From assembly GCA_965240325.2 (NCBI GenBank), contig OZ251239.1, positions 868,001-932,000 of the forward strand: a stretch of 64,000 bases of DNA. Direction: 5' to 3'. This document shows, piece after piece, positions 35,169-46,785 of this stretch. Within the stretch, counting starts at the first letter, position 1. Each line of letters starts with the position of its first letter. The notes beneath the pieces were generated by a model. That model searched no databases and had not been told where the DNA came from. It was given only the letters and a program-made list of their open reading frames with translations. The translations under genes and the position numbers were made by a program. This stretch comes from Rebecca billardiae RCC1528. Lineage: Eukaryota; Protista; Haptophyta.

Positions 35169-38100
35169 TGTCAAAGGAATCGCCAATCTACAGTGATTTC
35201 CAATTTCCAATCCAACATTTTACTCGCAGTCACACAGTGGCGGCGCGACCGCTGCGGCGGCGCTCGCACAAAATCCTCCAAAATCAACCTGAACCTCATC
35301 CTAAAATACAGCAGGACAGCATGGCTGGCGGCGACCTGGCGGCGACATCTCGAAGCATTCCAGATGCTTCTGAAATGAACGAAACATGAGCCGATCACAC
35401 AAAACACGCTGAGCTCACCACCGCAAAACAAGAGCCGAAGCTCGTCGACCGCGACTCGACCGTCAAGCTCAAGACGCGTTCCCTGAAATGCTAGCACGGT
35501 GCTGGGAGAACTTGGGCAAGGATGGAGACGATGAGAACAGCGGCAAGGACGTGAACGGCCATCAGCCCGCCCCAGTTGCTCCCCTCATTGGGTTGAAGCC
35601 AGGCGTGGCCGAGCGCGCGGCAATGCCGCGCGGCTCATCGGCGGTTGCGCGCAAGCGCACGCCAGACTACCTCGCCGCTGCCCTGAGGGGCATGCAGGCT
35701 GAGAAGAACCGGCAAGGCGAGAAGCTCACGCTTCTCCGCAAGCCCATCTCCAGCGCCTCCGGGCCTGGCAACATCGCTGACCTGAACTCAGGCAGCATCG
35801 TGTCGTATGCGCGCAATGCTGCATCGCACGCAAGGCCTCGAGCCGACATCAAGGATCACCTTGAGGAGGAGGTTCGCGCACAGCGCGGTGAGGAGGAGCG
35901 TTGCCGCTCGCATCCCCCGCCATCGCGACACTCCATCCGCACGCACGTCGTTGCGCAGGGGATCTCAACAACTACTGCCCGGGACTCTGCGCCCGCGAGC
36001 GCGGTTCTTCAAGAGCGCGCGGCTGAGAGCCCGCAGCTCAAGGAGTGCCTTGCGGCCTCCGAGTCATCGAACGAGGTCACCGAGCGTTCCGGGGCAGATG
36101 CAGCGCTCGACGCTGCTGCCGCCGATGACGCTTTGACCGTCGAGGCCCTCGAGCCTGCCGACGCTGCTCGGCGTGCTGGCCTTCTGGCCGCCGCCAATGA
36201 CATTGACAGCGCGGTCGTGACCGCAGTCAGTCTGCAGCCTCGCGCGCATGACACTGTGTCTGAGTCTGACCGATCGAACGATGACATTAGCACCGATGAG
36301 TGCGACTCAAACGATCGACCTGTATGGTCTGGCAGAGCAAACTATGCTCCAAGATGCTACGACGCGTGACTCAGTCACCGCGAGCACCAGCCCCAATATT
36401 CAATTATTCATTGCCAGGGCCGAACCAAACCCATCGTCGTATTTTTGGAGATGACCAACAAATACGTTTACCCCAAAATTCACGGGGCCCTCGCAGGCCT
36501 CACGATGGCTTCCGAAGCCGAGCTGCTCGCCACGAGCGACACAAGCAGCCGCGAGATGACCGCCGCAGAGACGGCAGAGTCCTCGTCTGGCACGTATCGA
36601 CTCGCGTCGAACGTAGGAAGCGCATACGATGCAGGGGGGGCATCATACACCTGCTTGACGGCAAAGCCGCAGCAAAACCAAGTTGGCGAGCGCGACGCGC
36701 ATGCGCATGCATCAGCTGCGTCAGCCATCACAACGCCACACTCTTGCAAGGAAGAGTATTCCGCCGAAGCTGCCGCGGATGCGCATGCATCTCCGCTGGA
36801 CAGAACGAGCGTGAAGAAGCCCAAAGAAGGCACCACCACCTCGATGAGGGTCACTCCTCGCTCGAAGGTAGAGCGCGAATCGCCACAGAGCGCGCGCGAC
36901 ACATCGACCAATGCACTTGTGTCGAAGAAGCGTGACTGGATAGTCATCGAAGGAGGAGTCACAGACTCTAATCCAAACAAGAAGGAACGTGTGTTCATGG
37001 CACGCGAATCCTCGGCAGGAGTGGACATACCCGCCACACACAAGCTGACACAGTCGGCTCTGAAATCCAAGCGCGCGGTACACAGCGCGATACGGGATGC
37101 ACTCGCAGAAGTGAGCACCTACTACAAGGGCAAATCCTCAGATGTCACACCTGACATAATGGAGCCCAAGGATAGCAAGCTATCCGGCTTTCAACTCATT
37201 GCCAAAGACAAATGGGTGAAAGACGCAGCCAAAATCGATCCATACAAGGCTGACAACGCTGACGCCAACAAGATCGGATCGGTCTACGATCGATCTGCGG
37301 CAGCGATATTCAAGCAGCTGAAGGACTCTATCGAGCCTCAGTTATTCGCCTATCTGGAATCGAAGCTGCACATCAGCGATCCGACCAAGAACTACTTGGA
37401 TCTGGCGCTGCTGCTACAGATATTTGAGCGCGAGCTCAAGATCACAACTATGTCCGAACTCAGGGATGAATTCCTGAAGTTATACCCGACAAAGGTGTCG
37501 CCCATTGGCGCATCGGACATTATCAAGAAATCCGTCGAGCAAGTCCGCTCATCTCGATATGGGAATCTGGACGATGCTACGATGTTGGTCTTCAAGCTGT
37601 ATAACAGCATGCACGACCATCCCCAAGTCTACGAGTCAGTTATCTCGCACTTCGGAGCGCTCACACCCGAGCAATGTGTGGATAACACTGACCAGATAAT
37701 GGCCCAGATGGAAGATGCCTACAAACGGCACGGCTCAATGAAGCTACTCCATCAGAACAATACCAAGGGGAGAGAGACCGAAAATTATTCCAAGATACGC
37801 CAAAATGCTGATTATCAGCAAGGCACGCGGCGACGCGGTGACTTTGAGGGCGCCGAAGTCTTCGCCGCTCAGGCCCAAAAGGCTCCAGCCAATGGCGAGA
37901 GCGGGCCGAATAACTCGGACACCGGCAAACGGTGCACTCACTGTGGTCTCAAGAACCATACTGCCCAGCAGTGTTGGAAGCTCCACCCAGAGCTACGCCC
38001 CAAGGCCAACAATTACAACAAAGGCAAAAACAAGGGAGCCAACAAATTTCCCAAGGAGCGTATCCATTTCCTGGATATTCCTGCTCCGGATGCCTATGAT

Positions 38101-38697
38101 TAACTATCAAGGCAGGGCATAGCCCAATAACAAGGTCCAAGATCAAGGCCAAAGAGTGAACATATGGTGCAAATAAGCCCAGGACTGACTCGGGTTACCC
38201 AAAACCGTCACACGGAAGTCCCAGCACATGACCCGTATCCTGGCATTGGCAACCATTAGGCATTACTGACTCCAATTCACTCATGCACACAGATGCACAA
38301 ACAATACCAAGCCCAAAATCACTCATAATCCAAGCTTAGTCCTCACAGACGAGCGCATATTGGATATTGAGGGGGGGTGTCAAAGGAATCGCCAATCTAC
38401 AGTGATTTCCAATTTCCAATCCAACATTTTACTCGCAGTCACACAGTGGCGGCGCGACCGCTGCGGCGGCGCTCGCACAAAATCCTCCAAAATCAACCTG
38501 AACCTCATCCTAAAATACAGCAGGACAGCATGGCTGGCGGCGACCTGGCGGCGACATCTCGAAGCATTCCAGATGCTTCTGAAATGAACGAAACATGAGC
38601 CGATCACACAAAACACGCTGAGCTCACCACCGCAAAACAAGAGCCGAAGCTCGTCGACCGCGACTCGACCGTCAAGCTCAAGACGCGTTCCCTGACA
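35169..38697 (+). mobile_element. Gag-only LTR retrotransposon (non-autonomous, Copia-like)
   Basis: 320-bp LTRs at 35169-35488 and 38378-38697 (TGT...ACA); 5-bp TSD ATACT at 35164-35168 and 38698-38702; PPT GAGGGGGGG before the 3' LTR; no pol. Confidence 0.95.
35488..38103 (+). CDS. gag: Gag-like reading frame split by one in-frame TGA (36367-36369); CCHC zinc knuckle
   Basis: ORFs 35488-36369 and 36445-38103 share a frame with no other stop between them; CTHCGLKNHTAQQCW knuckle. Confidence 0.8.
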
Positions 38698-38724
38698 ATA
38701 CTCATATACTATATATATATATAT

Positions 38725-38983
38725 CGCCGCTAGGTCGGCGGGCGGCGACATCGACTACGACCTCGCCCTCATCCAAGTGCTCCGGAAGGCGCTCGGCCGC
38801 GGCGGCATCTGCCGTCGCCGCCGCGTGCCCCAGGCCGAGGCGGTGCTCCATCCCGGCCCCGCTCCCGTAGGGGGGCAGGGCTGCGGGTGGCGCACTGTCT
38901 GACCTGGACCGAAGGCGCGGACGCATTCTATGTGTCTGTTGCACTCTGAGCCTGACGCTTGTCCGATGCTGCCACGTCGTTAA
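38725..38983 (+). mobile_element. R1b non-LTR tail between (TA)n runs
   Basis: The 3' ~48 nt are identical to 35111-35158 (TGTTGCACTCTGAGCCTGACGCTTGTCCGATGCTGCCACGTCGTTAAA). Confidence 0.65.
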
Positions 38984-39162
38984 ATATATATATATATATA
39001 TATATTAACGTATATATATATAAATACGATAAGCCGTATTAATAGCCTCGTCACGGGATGCGGCCACTGTTGGCAGCCGGGTGCTATGTGGCGTTATGGC
39101 GCACGCCCCCGCGGCCCCCGCCGCGCCGCTGCCAAATATTAAAGGCAAAACGACTAGTATTA

Positions 39163-40468
39163 CTAGCGAGGCAACAAGGGCTCTCGAGGCGCGACGTGCA
39201 CGAGCGGACGCTCGATCTGGTCGGCCGGCAGCGGCTCGGCCGGGTCGTCGCGCGCGATCCCGGTGCCAGACGCGTGCGTGGACGCGGTGAAGGCGACGGC
39301 GGCGCCGCCCCGCCCCTCGGCCCCGCCGTCGTGGCGCGGCGGCGAGCGCGGCGGCGTCTCGGCGGCGCTCGAGCGCGGCGTGCCCTCACGCGCCTGGTTG
39401 AGCAGCCGCTCCGCATCGGACGCGCGCGCGGTGACGGGCGACTGCCCCCACGTGCGGCGGATCGTGCCGCCACCGCGCGAGGGCGAGCGCGGTGGCGAGG
39501 GCGACGCCTTCGCCGCGGACGCCCGCTGGCTGAACGACGAGCCGCCGCCGACGTGCAGCGGCGACGCGAGGCCGTCGGGCGACGCGTTGCCCGACTCGCC
39601 GGGCAGCGCGATCGGCCCGCCGCCGATGTGGAAGTTTCCGGTAAGCATCGTGGAGAGGCCGCTGATGCCGGTGGAGAGGCCGCGCGAGAGGCGCTTCGAG
39701 CGCGCGCCCGCCTCGGTGGACATGCGCGAGAACCGCGACGCCGTCGGCGTCGGCGGGTCGAGCAGCTCGACCGCCTGGCGCGAGGCGTTGCGCAGGATCT
39801 CGTCGACGCGCTGCTGCTCGTCGACGTCCGCGTGGTCGGTGCCGCCCGCCGCCGAGCGCTGCTCGCGCATGCGGCGCACGTCGGACTGCGCGACCTCCCT
39901 GTAGAAGGACGCGGGCGGCGAGGTGCCGCCGACGGGCACGACGCGCACGCCCGCCGGCTGCGCGCCGCCGAGCGTCAGCCGCGCGGCGCGCAGCCCGGTG
40001 GCGGCGGGCCCGAACCGCTCAGCGGCGCCGCCCGGCGACGACGGCCCCACCGAGCCGTGCGCGCCGCTGCCGCCGCCGAGCCCGTCGTGCGAGCCGGTGA
40101 GCGAGGCGGCGCCGGTGGAGCGCGCGCCGAAGGCGGCCCAGCGCGAGCGCGAGGCGGGCGCGGGCGGCGTGTGCCCCGCCGAGGCGGGCGTGGAGGGCGT
40201 GCTCGAGTGCGAGATCAAATAGAACGACGACGTCCGCGGCCGGCGGCGGTTGGCCGCTGCTGCCTCCGCCGCGGCGCGCGCCACCGCCTCCTCCGACATG
40301 CCCTGCAGGAAGTCCGGGAGGGCGTCGGTGAGCTTGATGGTGCCGAGCCCCTCGCAGAAGAAGCTCGGCTCGCGCGCCGACGCGCGCCACGACGCCTCGA
40401 TCCCCTCCTCCGTCTCGTCCTCCGCCGAGCCGGTGAAACTCTCTTCGAGGCCGCCGCCGCCGCCGCCC

Positions 40469-40502
<34 letters not shown>

Positions 40503-41704
40503 TGCTCTGCGTGGCGGAGCGCCTGCGGTAGCTGAAGCTGCTGCCGCCCGCCCAGCGGCGGCTCGGCCCGCGCGAGTCCCAGTGCACGATGCGCATGCTG
40601 TCTCCCAAGCTGCCGCCGCCGCCCGCGCCGCCGCCGCCGGCGCTGCCGCGGTAGCTACCGCCGCCCGCGCCGCCGCCGCCCGCGCTGCCGCGGCCGCCGC
40701 CGCCGCCCGCGCCGCCGCCGCCGCCCGCGCTGCCGCGGCCGCCGCCGCCGCCCAGGCCGGCGGCGGCGGCGGCGTCCGCGGGCGCGGCGGGCGCGGGCGC
40801 GTCCCCGCCGCCCTCGGCCGCCGCGCCCGCCTCCGCCTCCGCCTCCGCCGCCCCCCAGAACTCGGATGTGTTGAGCAGCACCGCCTTCACCAGCAGCTGC
40901 GCGAGCGTGCGCGTCAGGTCGGAGCGGCGCCGCCGCCCGTCGATGCCGAGGGCGCGGTGGCGCACGCCGCGCCACACCGCCGTCTGCTTGGAGGCGAAGA
41001 GGCGCGAGTTGCGCTTGCCCGATGCGGCGGCGAGCAGCGCGACGCACCCCGCCGAGTGCAGCCTGCGCACGCACGGCCACACCTCCTCCTCCTCCGCGCC
41101 CTCCGCCACACTCGGCACCGCGCCGCCTCGGCAGTAGGTCTGCGCGAACCAGCGGGCGTCGGGCTCGGCGGCCGCGCCGCCGCCGCCGCCGGCGGCGGCG
41201 GGGGCGGCGTGGCGCTCGGCCGCGCCGTCGGCCGCGCCGCCCGTCTCGCGCGCGCGCAGCCACAGCGCCTCGAGCGACGCGCGCACCGTCGCGGCCGCCT
41301 TCTTGCCGAGCTTGCCGCCCAGCTCCTCCATCGCCTCCACGACTCCCGCCGGCAGCGCGCACGCGGACACCAGCTCGGGCGTGACGAGGGCGAGCGGCAC
41401 GCCGAGCGCGAGGCACTGCTCGCGCAGGTGCGCGGCGGCGGCGAGCTTGGCGGGGAGGGCGGAGGACACCTCGAGGAGCAGCGCGATGCGCTCGGACGCG
41501 GGCGGCGGCGGCGGCGAGCCCGAGCCCCGCGCCGCGCGCCGCGCCGCCAAGTCGTCCTCCCCGCTGCCGCTGCTGCCGCTACCGCCGCCGCCGGCGGGCA
41601 GCCGCGCGCGCACGGCGGCGATGGAGTCGGCGGCGGACCGCACGTCGATGGGCGGGAGGCGCACGCCCGCGCGCGCCGCCGCGCCGCCCGCGCCGCCGCC
41701 GACT

Positions 41705-41764
<60 letters not shown>

Positions 41765-44657
41765 AGGCTGCCGCCGCCGCCGCAGCTGCGCTCGGCCATC
41801 TCAACATCCGCCTCGTCGCCCGAGCTGCAGCCGCCGCCGTACGCATCGGCGTCGGCAGCGGCAGCGGCGGCTGCCGCGAAGCTCGCGCCGTAAGACATCG
41901 AATTGAGGCGGCGGCGCATACTGCCAAGCACCCGGCCCGCGCCGAGGCCGCCGCCGCCGCCCTCAGAGCGCGGCGGCGTCGAGTGGAGCCTGCCGCCGCG
42001 CGCGTCCGCGCCGCCGTCCGCGCCGACGCCGCCGCCGTCCGCGCCGCCGTCCGCCTCGTCCTCCGAGGACGAGGGCGCCTCCGCCATCATGTCCCCGAGC
42101 CCGTCGAGCGCGTCCGCCTCCGCAGCGGACGCGCTCACCGGCGGCGCCGCCGGCCTCGCGGGCGGCGGCGGCGGCGCCACCTCGCCGAGCGTGATGACCG
42201 TCTCCGTCTTCTCGCGGAAGAGGAGCGGCTGCTCGAGCGCAAAGCGCGCGAGCAGCTGCGGCACGTGCGCGAGCACGAGCCGGAGGCCGCCGCCGTGCGG
42301 CACGCGTGCAAAGATGCGCTGCACCTCAGCCAGCTCACGCTCCGTCCCCGCGGTCGCCTCGTCGAAGAAGAGGAACTTGGTCGAGGCGTCGAGCCCGAGC
42401 ATCGCCACCAGCTCCTCACGGTGCATCGGCGCGCGCGCGCGCTGCGGCAGCCGCGGCGAGGCCGCGGGGTCGGCGCGCGCGGACGGCTCGTGCTCCTCGT
42501 CGCTCGAGTCGGCGTCGGCGGCGCGGCGGCGCTCGCGCTCGCGCGCGCGCTCGCCGCTCCCGCGCCGCTCGAAGACGAGCACCGCCACGCACGTGAGCGC
42601 GTTCAGCTCGAGCAGCGCGCGCAGCAGCAGCAGCGTCGGCAGCGACGCCGGCTCGGACGGCGCGTCGTGCATCACGAGGATCACTCGCGGGCGCGGCGCG
42701 CGCGCGGCGGCGGCGGCGAGCAGTCCGCGCATCACGCCGCGGTGGACAAACGAGCCGAGGTCGCGCACCGACGCTACGCCCGGCTCGTCGCGCCTCCAGC
42801 CGATCACGCGGTGCGCGACGCCGTTCACGACGAACACGCGCGGCGTGAAGAGCTGGGCGAGCAGCGGCGGCGAGCACGCGAGCAGCGCGACAACGTCGTA
42901 GCTGCGCCGTGGTCGAGAAGAAAGGATCAAAGAAACATGGGGGCGCGCACGGGCGGGTGCGCGCGGCGCGGCGGCAGTGAGCCGGGCGCGACGGCGCCGC
43001 GCGCGCGACGGCGCGGTGCGGCCGGGCGGCGGGGATGTGGCGCGTGGCGCGCGGCGGCGGCACGGCCCCGCCCACCGCGCGCCACGCCGGCCGCGCGGCG
43101 CGCGCCCCCAACCGCCTCCGGGCCCCATCCCAACGCCCCGTGCGCACCCGCGCGCTCCGGCACGCCCCGCGCCGCCGCGCCGCGCCGCCGCCCCGCGCCG
43201 CCGCGCGCGCGCGCGCACAGGTGGAACGACGAGACGAGGTCCCAGATCAGGTCACCGCGCTCGCGCTCGGCCGCGTTGCCCCGGCAGAAGGTGGCGCTGA
43301 ACCACGCGCGGTCGCACCGCTCGGGCAGGCCCGCGCGCTCGGCGGAGCCAGGCGGGGAGCACGCGCGGCGCCACAGCCTGCGCGGCGCGCGCGCCGGGCC
43401 GCCGCATGGCGCGTGAGCGCCGTGCGCCGCGCGGTGCGGCGTGGTGCGCGGCGGAGGGCGCGGTGCGCGGCGCGCGCGCCGTGTCGCCACACGCGCGGCG
43501 CGGTGCGCGGCGGTGCGCGGTGCGCTGCGCACCTTTCGATCGCGTCTCGCTGCGTCTTGCGCAGCCGCCAGCCAATCGGCGAGCCCGTCTGCGCCAGCCG
43601 GTCGTAGATCTCGCGGCGCACCGGCGCGGCGTACGCGGCGTGCCGGCTGCGCGCAACGCCGCGCGCGCGCGCGCACGGGCACACGCGCGACGCGCTCAGG
43701 CGCGCGAGCGGTGGCGACGGGCTGGGCAGCGCGTGCCACGCGTCGCGCGCGCCGCGCGTGCAACGCGCGCGCGGTGCTCGCGCGGTGCTCGCGCGCCGCC
43801 CACGGCCCCCCTCCCCGCCGCGACTGCACTCCCACTGCACTCCGCACCTCGCCTCGCCGCGCGCCCGCCCGCCCCGCGCGGGCCAGCCCACACGCGCGCG
43901 GCGCGCACCTCACGATCGTGAGCGGGATCCCATGGCGCTGGCACGCGAGGTAAAAATACGAAGCAGCAGCCACGTCGAACATATTGTTGTGCGCGGTGTC
44001 GGGGCGGAGGAGGCCGGCGGCCTCGGTCTCGGCGGCGTCGACGCCGCCCATCACGACGACGCGCTTCAGCTTCGCCACGCACAGCGGCCCGTTGTCCCGC
44101 AGGAACAGCGCCGCGTCCTTCAGTGACGAAACGCACAGCAGCGTGATCGACTCGTCCGCGGCGGCGCTCAGCGTGCGGTGCAGCAGCGCGCGGCCGGGCT
44201 CGATGGTGAGCGCGCGCTGCGAGTCGGGCGGCGGCATGTAGCTCGAGGCGGTGGTGCTGAACGTGTCCTGGTGCACCTCCGAGCCGCCGTCCGTGCCCAC
44301 GCCCACCGGCACCGACTGCATCCCGAGCTGGTCGAGCGTGCCGCGCACGAGCCGCGCGCGCGCGAGCGCCGGCCGCAGGTTGGCGACGACGGCCTTGAGG
44401 TCGATGCGGCGCTGGTCGACGAGGAACCGCGCCATGATCAGCGACATCTCGTCGTCCAGGTCCTCGCCCGCGTCCGTCAGCATCACCACCTGCTCGCGCG
44501 GCGCCTCAGAGCGCTCGAGCGACGCGGCGAGCCGCACAAACCGGCCGCGGTAGTGCAGGATGCAGGCGGCGAGCACGGCGGCGAGGGCGAGGAGCGCCAA
44601 GCCGACGGCGAGCACAGGCGGCGACGTCGCGCACCCCGCGGCGCCGGCGTCCTCCAT
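39163..44657 (-). CDS. Membrane-anchored inosine-uridine nucleoside-hydrolase-like protein with a long C-terminal extension; introns 43647-43908, 43378-43532 and 42902-43218
   Basis: TM helix, then VVMLTDAGEDLDDEM, VPVGVG, LKRVVVMGG, AHNNMFDVAAA and YDVVALLA. Three GT-AG introns join the frames. Confidence 0.75.
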
Positions 44658-44802
44658 GGCAACGGCGCGGGCCCCCAGGCCCTACCACGTCGTTTCTCAC
44701 TACCACCTTGCACCGTGATCACCCACGAACACTCTGAGTTCCACCGCCCCTTTGCGAGCTAGCCGCGCAACTCGCGTACTCGCTGATACCCGCGTGGCGC
44801 GC

Positions 44803-44979
44803 GTGTATTGATGTTTGACGATACCGCAAACGCCAAACGGTAACGTCGTCTTTTCATATATGTCTACATGCCGGTGGCAGGGTACAGCGTAATGGTACCG
44901 CTATGGTTTAAGTCGACATGCATAAACGGAAAACCGTTTGAAGCCCCGCCAGGTATTGCCATGACGTTTCGTCAATACG
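44803..44979. repeat. Degenerate inverted repeat (old MITE-like relic)
   Basis: Left GTATTGATG..ATACC..CAAACGGT..ATATATGTCTAC mirrors right GTCGACATGCAT..ACCGTTTG..GGTAT..CGTCAATAC. Confidence 0.45.
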
Positions 44980-45183
44980 AGAAATACTCATTGACGGTGT
45001 AGTAATGTTTGTCCAGCTCAATGATCTCCGGGCCGGTTCATATCGAACCGTCGTCGGCGACGCGACGCTTGGCGCCAGTACAAACAAACGACGGTCATCC
45101 GCGCTATACGACGAATGAATATGGCTGGCGTATGTCGGTATGTACGACTACGAGCGTGCGGCACACCGAGGCACTGCCCAGAG

Positions 45184-46665
45184 TCAGCGTGCTCGCAGAG
45201 TGCGCGCGGACCGTGGGCGCGCGGCACGACGCGGCTGCTTGATGCGTCGTCGCTCCGCCTCCTCCGCGGCGAGCGCCGCGGCGGCTTCTTTGGCGCCGAG
45301 CACGGCCGCGCGCGCCGGCACGCGCGCCGGCGGCGCGCAATCCGGGTGCTCGAGCTGCTCGCGACTGAGCTCCTCCGCGGGCACGCCCCAGCGCGCCGCG
45401 CACAGCCGCGCGTACGCGAGGTCGTACGCGTCTTCGCACTCGGCGTACTTGTGCAGCACGGAGATGAGCGCGCGCGGCTCGGCGCCGGCGCGGCCGTCGC
45501 GCGCGCGCAGGACGGCGACGAGCCCGGTGCCCGTGCGCGCGCGCTCGAGCAGCGTGCCCAGGAGGTGGCATGCGCCCGGCGGGCTGTCGTGCGTGCTGTT
45601 CCTGCGCGGGAAGGCGCTGAGCGTCGTGGCCGCGCCGTGGAAGTGGTCGAAGACGCGCACCGTGCCGAACGGCGTGCCAGGGTGCGCGCCCACGTCGCGC
45701 GCGCCCAGCTGCCACAGCATGTGGGTAATAAACGGCTGGTCGTTGCGGTAGCAGTCGCGCTCGGGCGGCAGCGCGCCGAGCGGCGCGAGCCTCGCCACCA
45801 CCGCCTCGCAGAACGCCAGCAGCTGCGCCGCGCCGCCGAAGACGGTGCCCATGCACAGGTTGGGCCGGAACGCCGACCTGTGCATCTCGTAGCAATCTCG
45901 TCGGCTCACGCACTGCTTGACGTCGCGGTCGCAGTGCTGCCGCCACGAGTCCACGAAGAGGTGCAGCTCGCCGGCCGGCCCGGGCGGCGCGCCCGCGCCC
46001 GCGCTCGCCGGCCGAGTGGACGCGTCGCCGGCCGGCTGACGAGGCGGCGTCAGCTGCGTCAGCCGCCGAGGCTGCCGAAGCTGACGAGACTGCCACGGCT
46101 GACGAGACTGGGCGAACGGGTGCGCGAGGAAGACGACGTCGCGCGCGTCGAGCAGCCACGCGTGCGTGAGGTGCGGCCGCGCGCGCAGCCAGCGCACGTA
46201 GTGCGCGTACCGCGCGAGGTTGAGCGAGCCCGTCCAGAAGCGCAGCGCCACCTCGGGCCGCCCGCCCGCGCGCACCGCGGCGGTGGGCGCGCGGACGTAG
46301 CCCGCCGCGGCCGCCGCGCGCGCCGCCTCGTCGCACGGCGCCGCGTCCGCGGTCACGTTGTGCGCGCGCACGAAGGCGGCCTCGCGGGCCGCGTCGGCGC
46401 GCATGCCGATCACGACCTCGCCCTCGTACCCGCTCGCGCGCAGAGTGACGACGAACGGCGCGAGGTGCGGCGCGAGGTAGTTGCACGCCATCGAGAAAAT
46501 CGCAAAGCCGCTGTCGTCCGCCGCACCGCCTCCGTCCACGTGGCGCGGCGCGGCGGGCGCGGCGCGGGCGGGAGCGGCGCAGCGCGACGCGGCCGAGAGG
46601 GACGAGACGAGCAGAGCGAGGCGCGCGCGAGTGCTCGCCCGGCCGAGCGGAGAGCGCGCCGCCAT
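45184..46665 (-). CDS. Secreted or Golgi GT-A-fold glycosyltransferase-like protein
   Basis: Signal peptide; RYAHY, WLLDARDVVFLAHPF, LCMGTVFGG, NDQ and VLHKY. Confidence 0.65.
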   Translation of the reverse strand: MAARSPLGRASTRARLALLVSSLSAASRCAAPARAAPAAPRHVDGGGAADDSGFAIFSMACNYLAPHLAPFVVTLRASGYEGEVVIGMRADAAREAAFVRAHNVTADAAPCDEAARAAAAAGYVRAPTAAVRAGGRPEVALRFWTGSLNLARYAHYVRWLRARPHLTHAWLLDARDVVFLAHPFAQSRQPWQSRQLRQPRRLTQLTPPRQPAGDASTRPASAGAGAPPGPAGELHLFVDSWRQHCDRDVKQCVSRRDCYEMHRSAFRPNLCMGTVFGGAAQLLAFCEAVVARLAPLGALPPERDCYRNDQPFITHMLWQLGARDVGAHPGTPFGTVRVFDHFHGAATTLSAFPRRNSTHDSPPGACHLLGTLLERARTGTGLVAVLRARDGRAGAEPRALISVLHKYAECEDAYDLAYARLCAARWGVPAEELSREQLEHPDCAPPARVPARAAVLGAKEAAAALAAEEAERRRIKQPRRAARPRSARTLRAR

Positions 46666-46678
46666 CGTGAAACTGCGG

Positions 46679-46738
46679 CTACAGTTTACTACTGTAAGAA
46701 TAAGAGACGCACAGTCGCACACAGCTCAGGCAGGCGAG
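46679..46738 (-). mobile_element. Short R2 tail in the shared promoter/5' UTR
   Basis: Reverse complement of CTCGCCTGCCTGAGCTGTGTGCG..TCTCTTATTCTTA..GTAAACTGTAG. Confidence 0.7.
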
Positions 46739-46785
46739 GTTTTTTCGAACAAGCAGGACTGCAGGAGCGGTAGTTGGCGGTTGCC

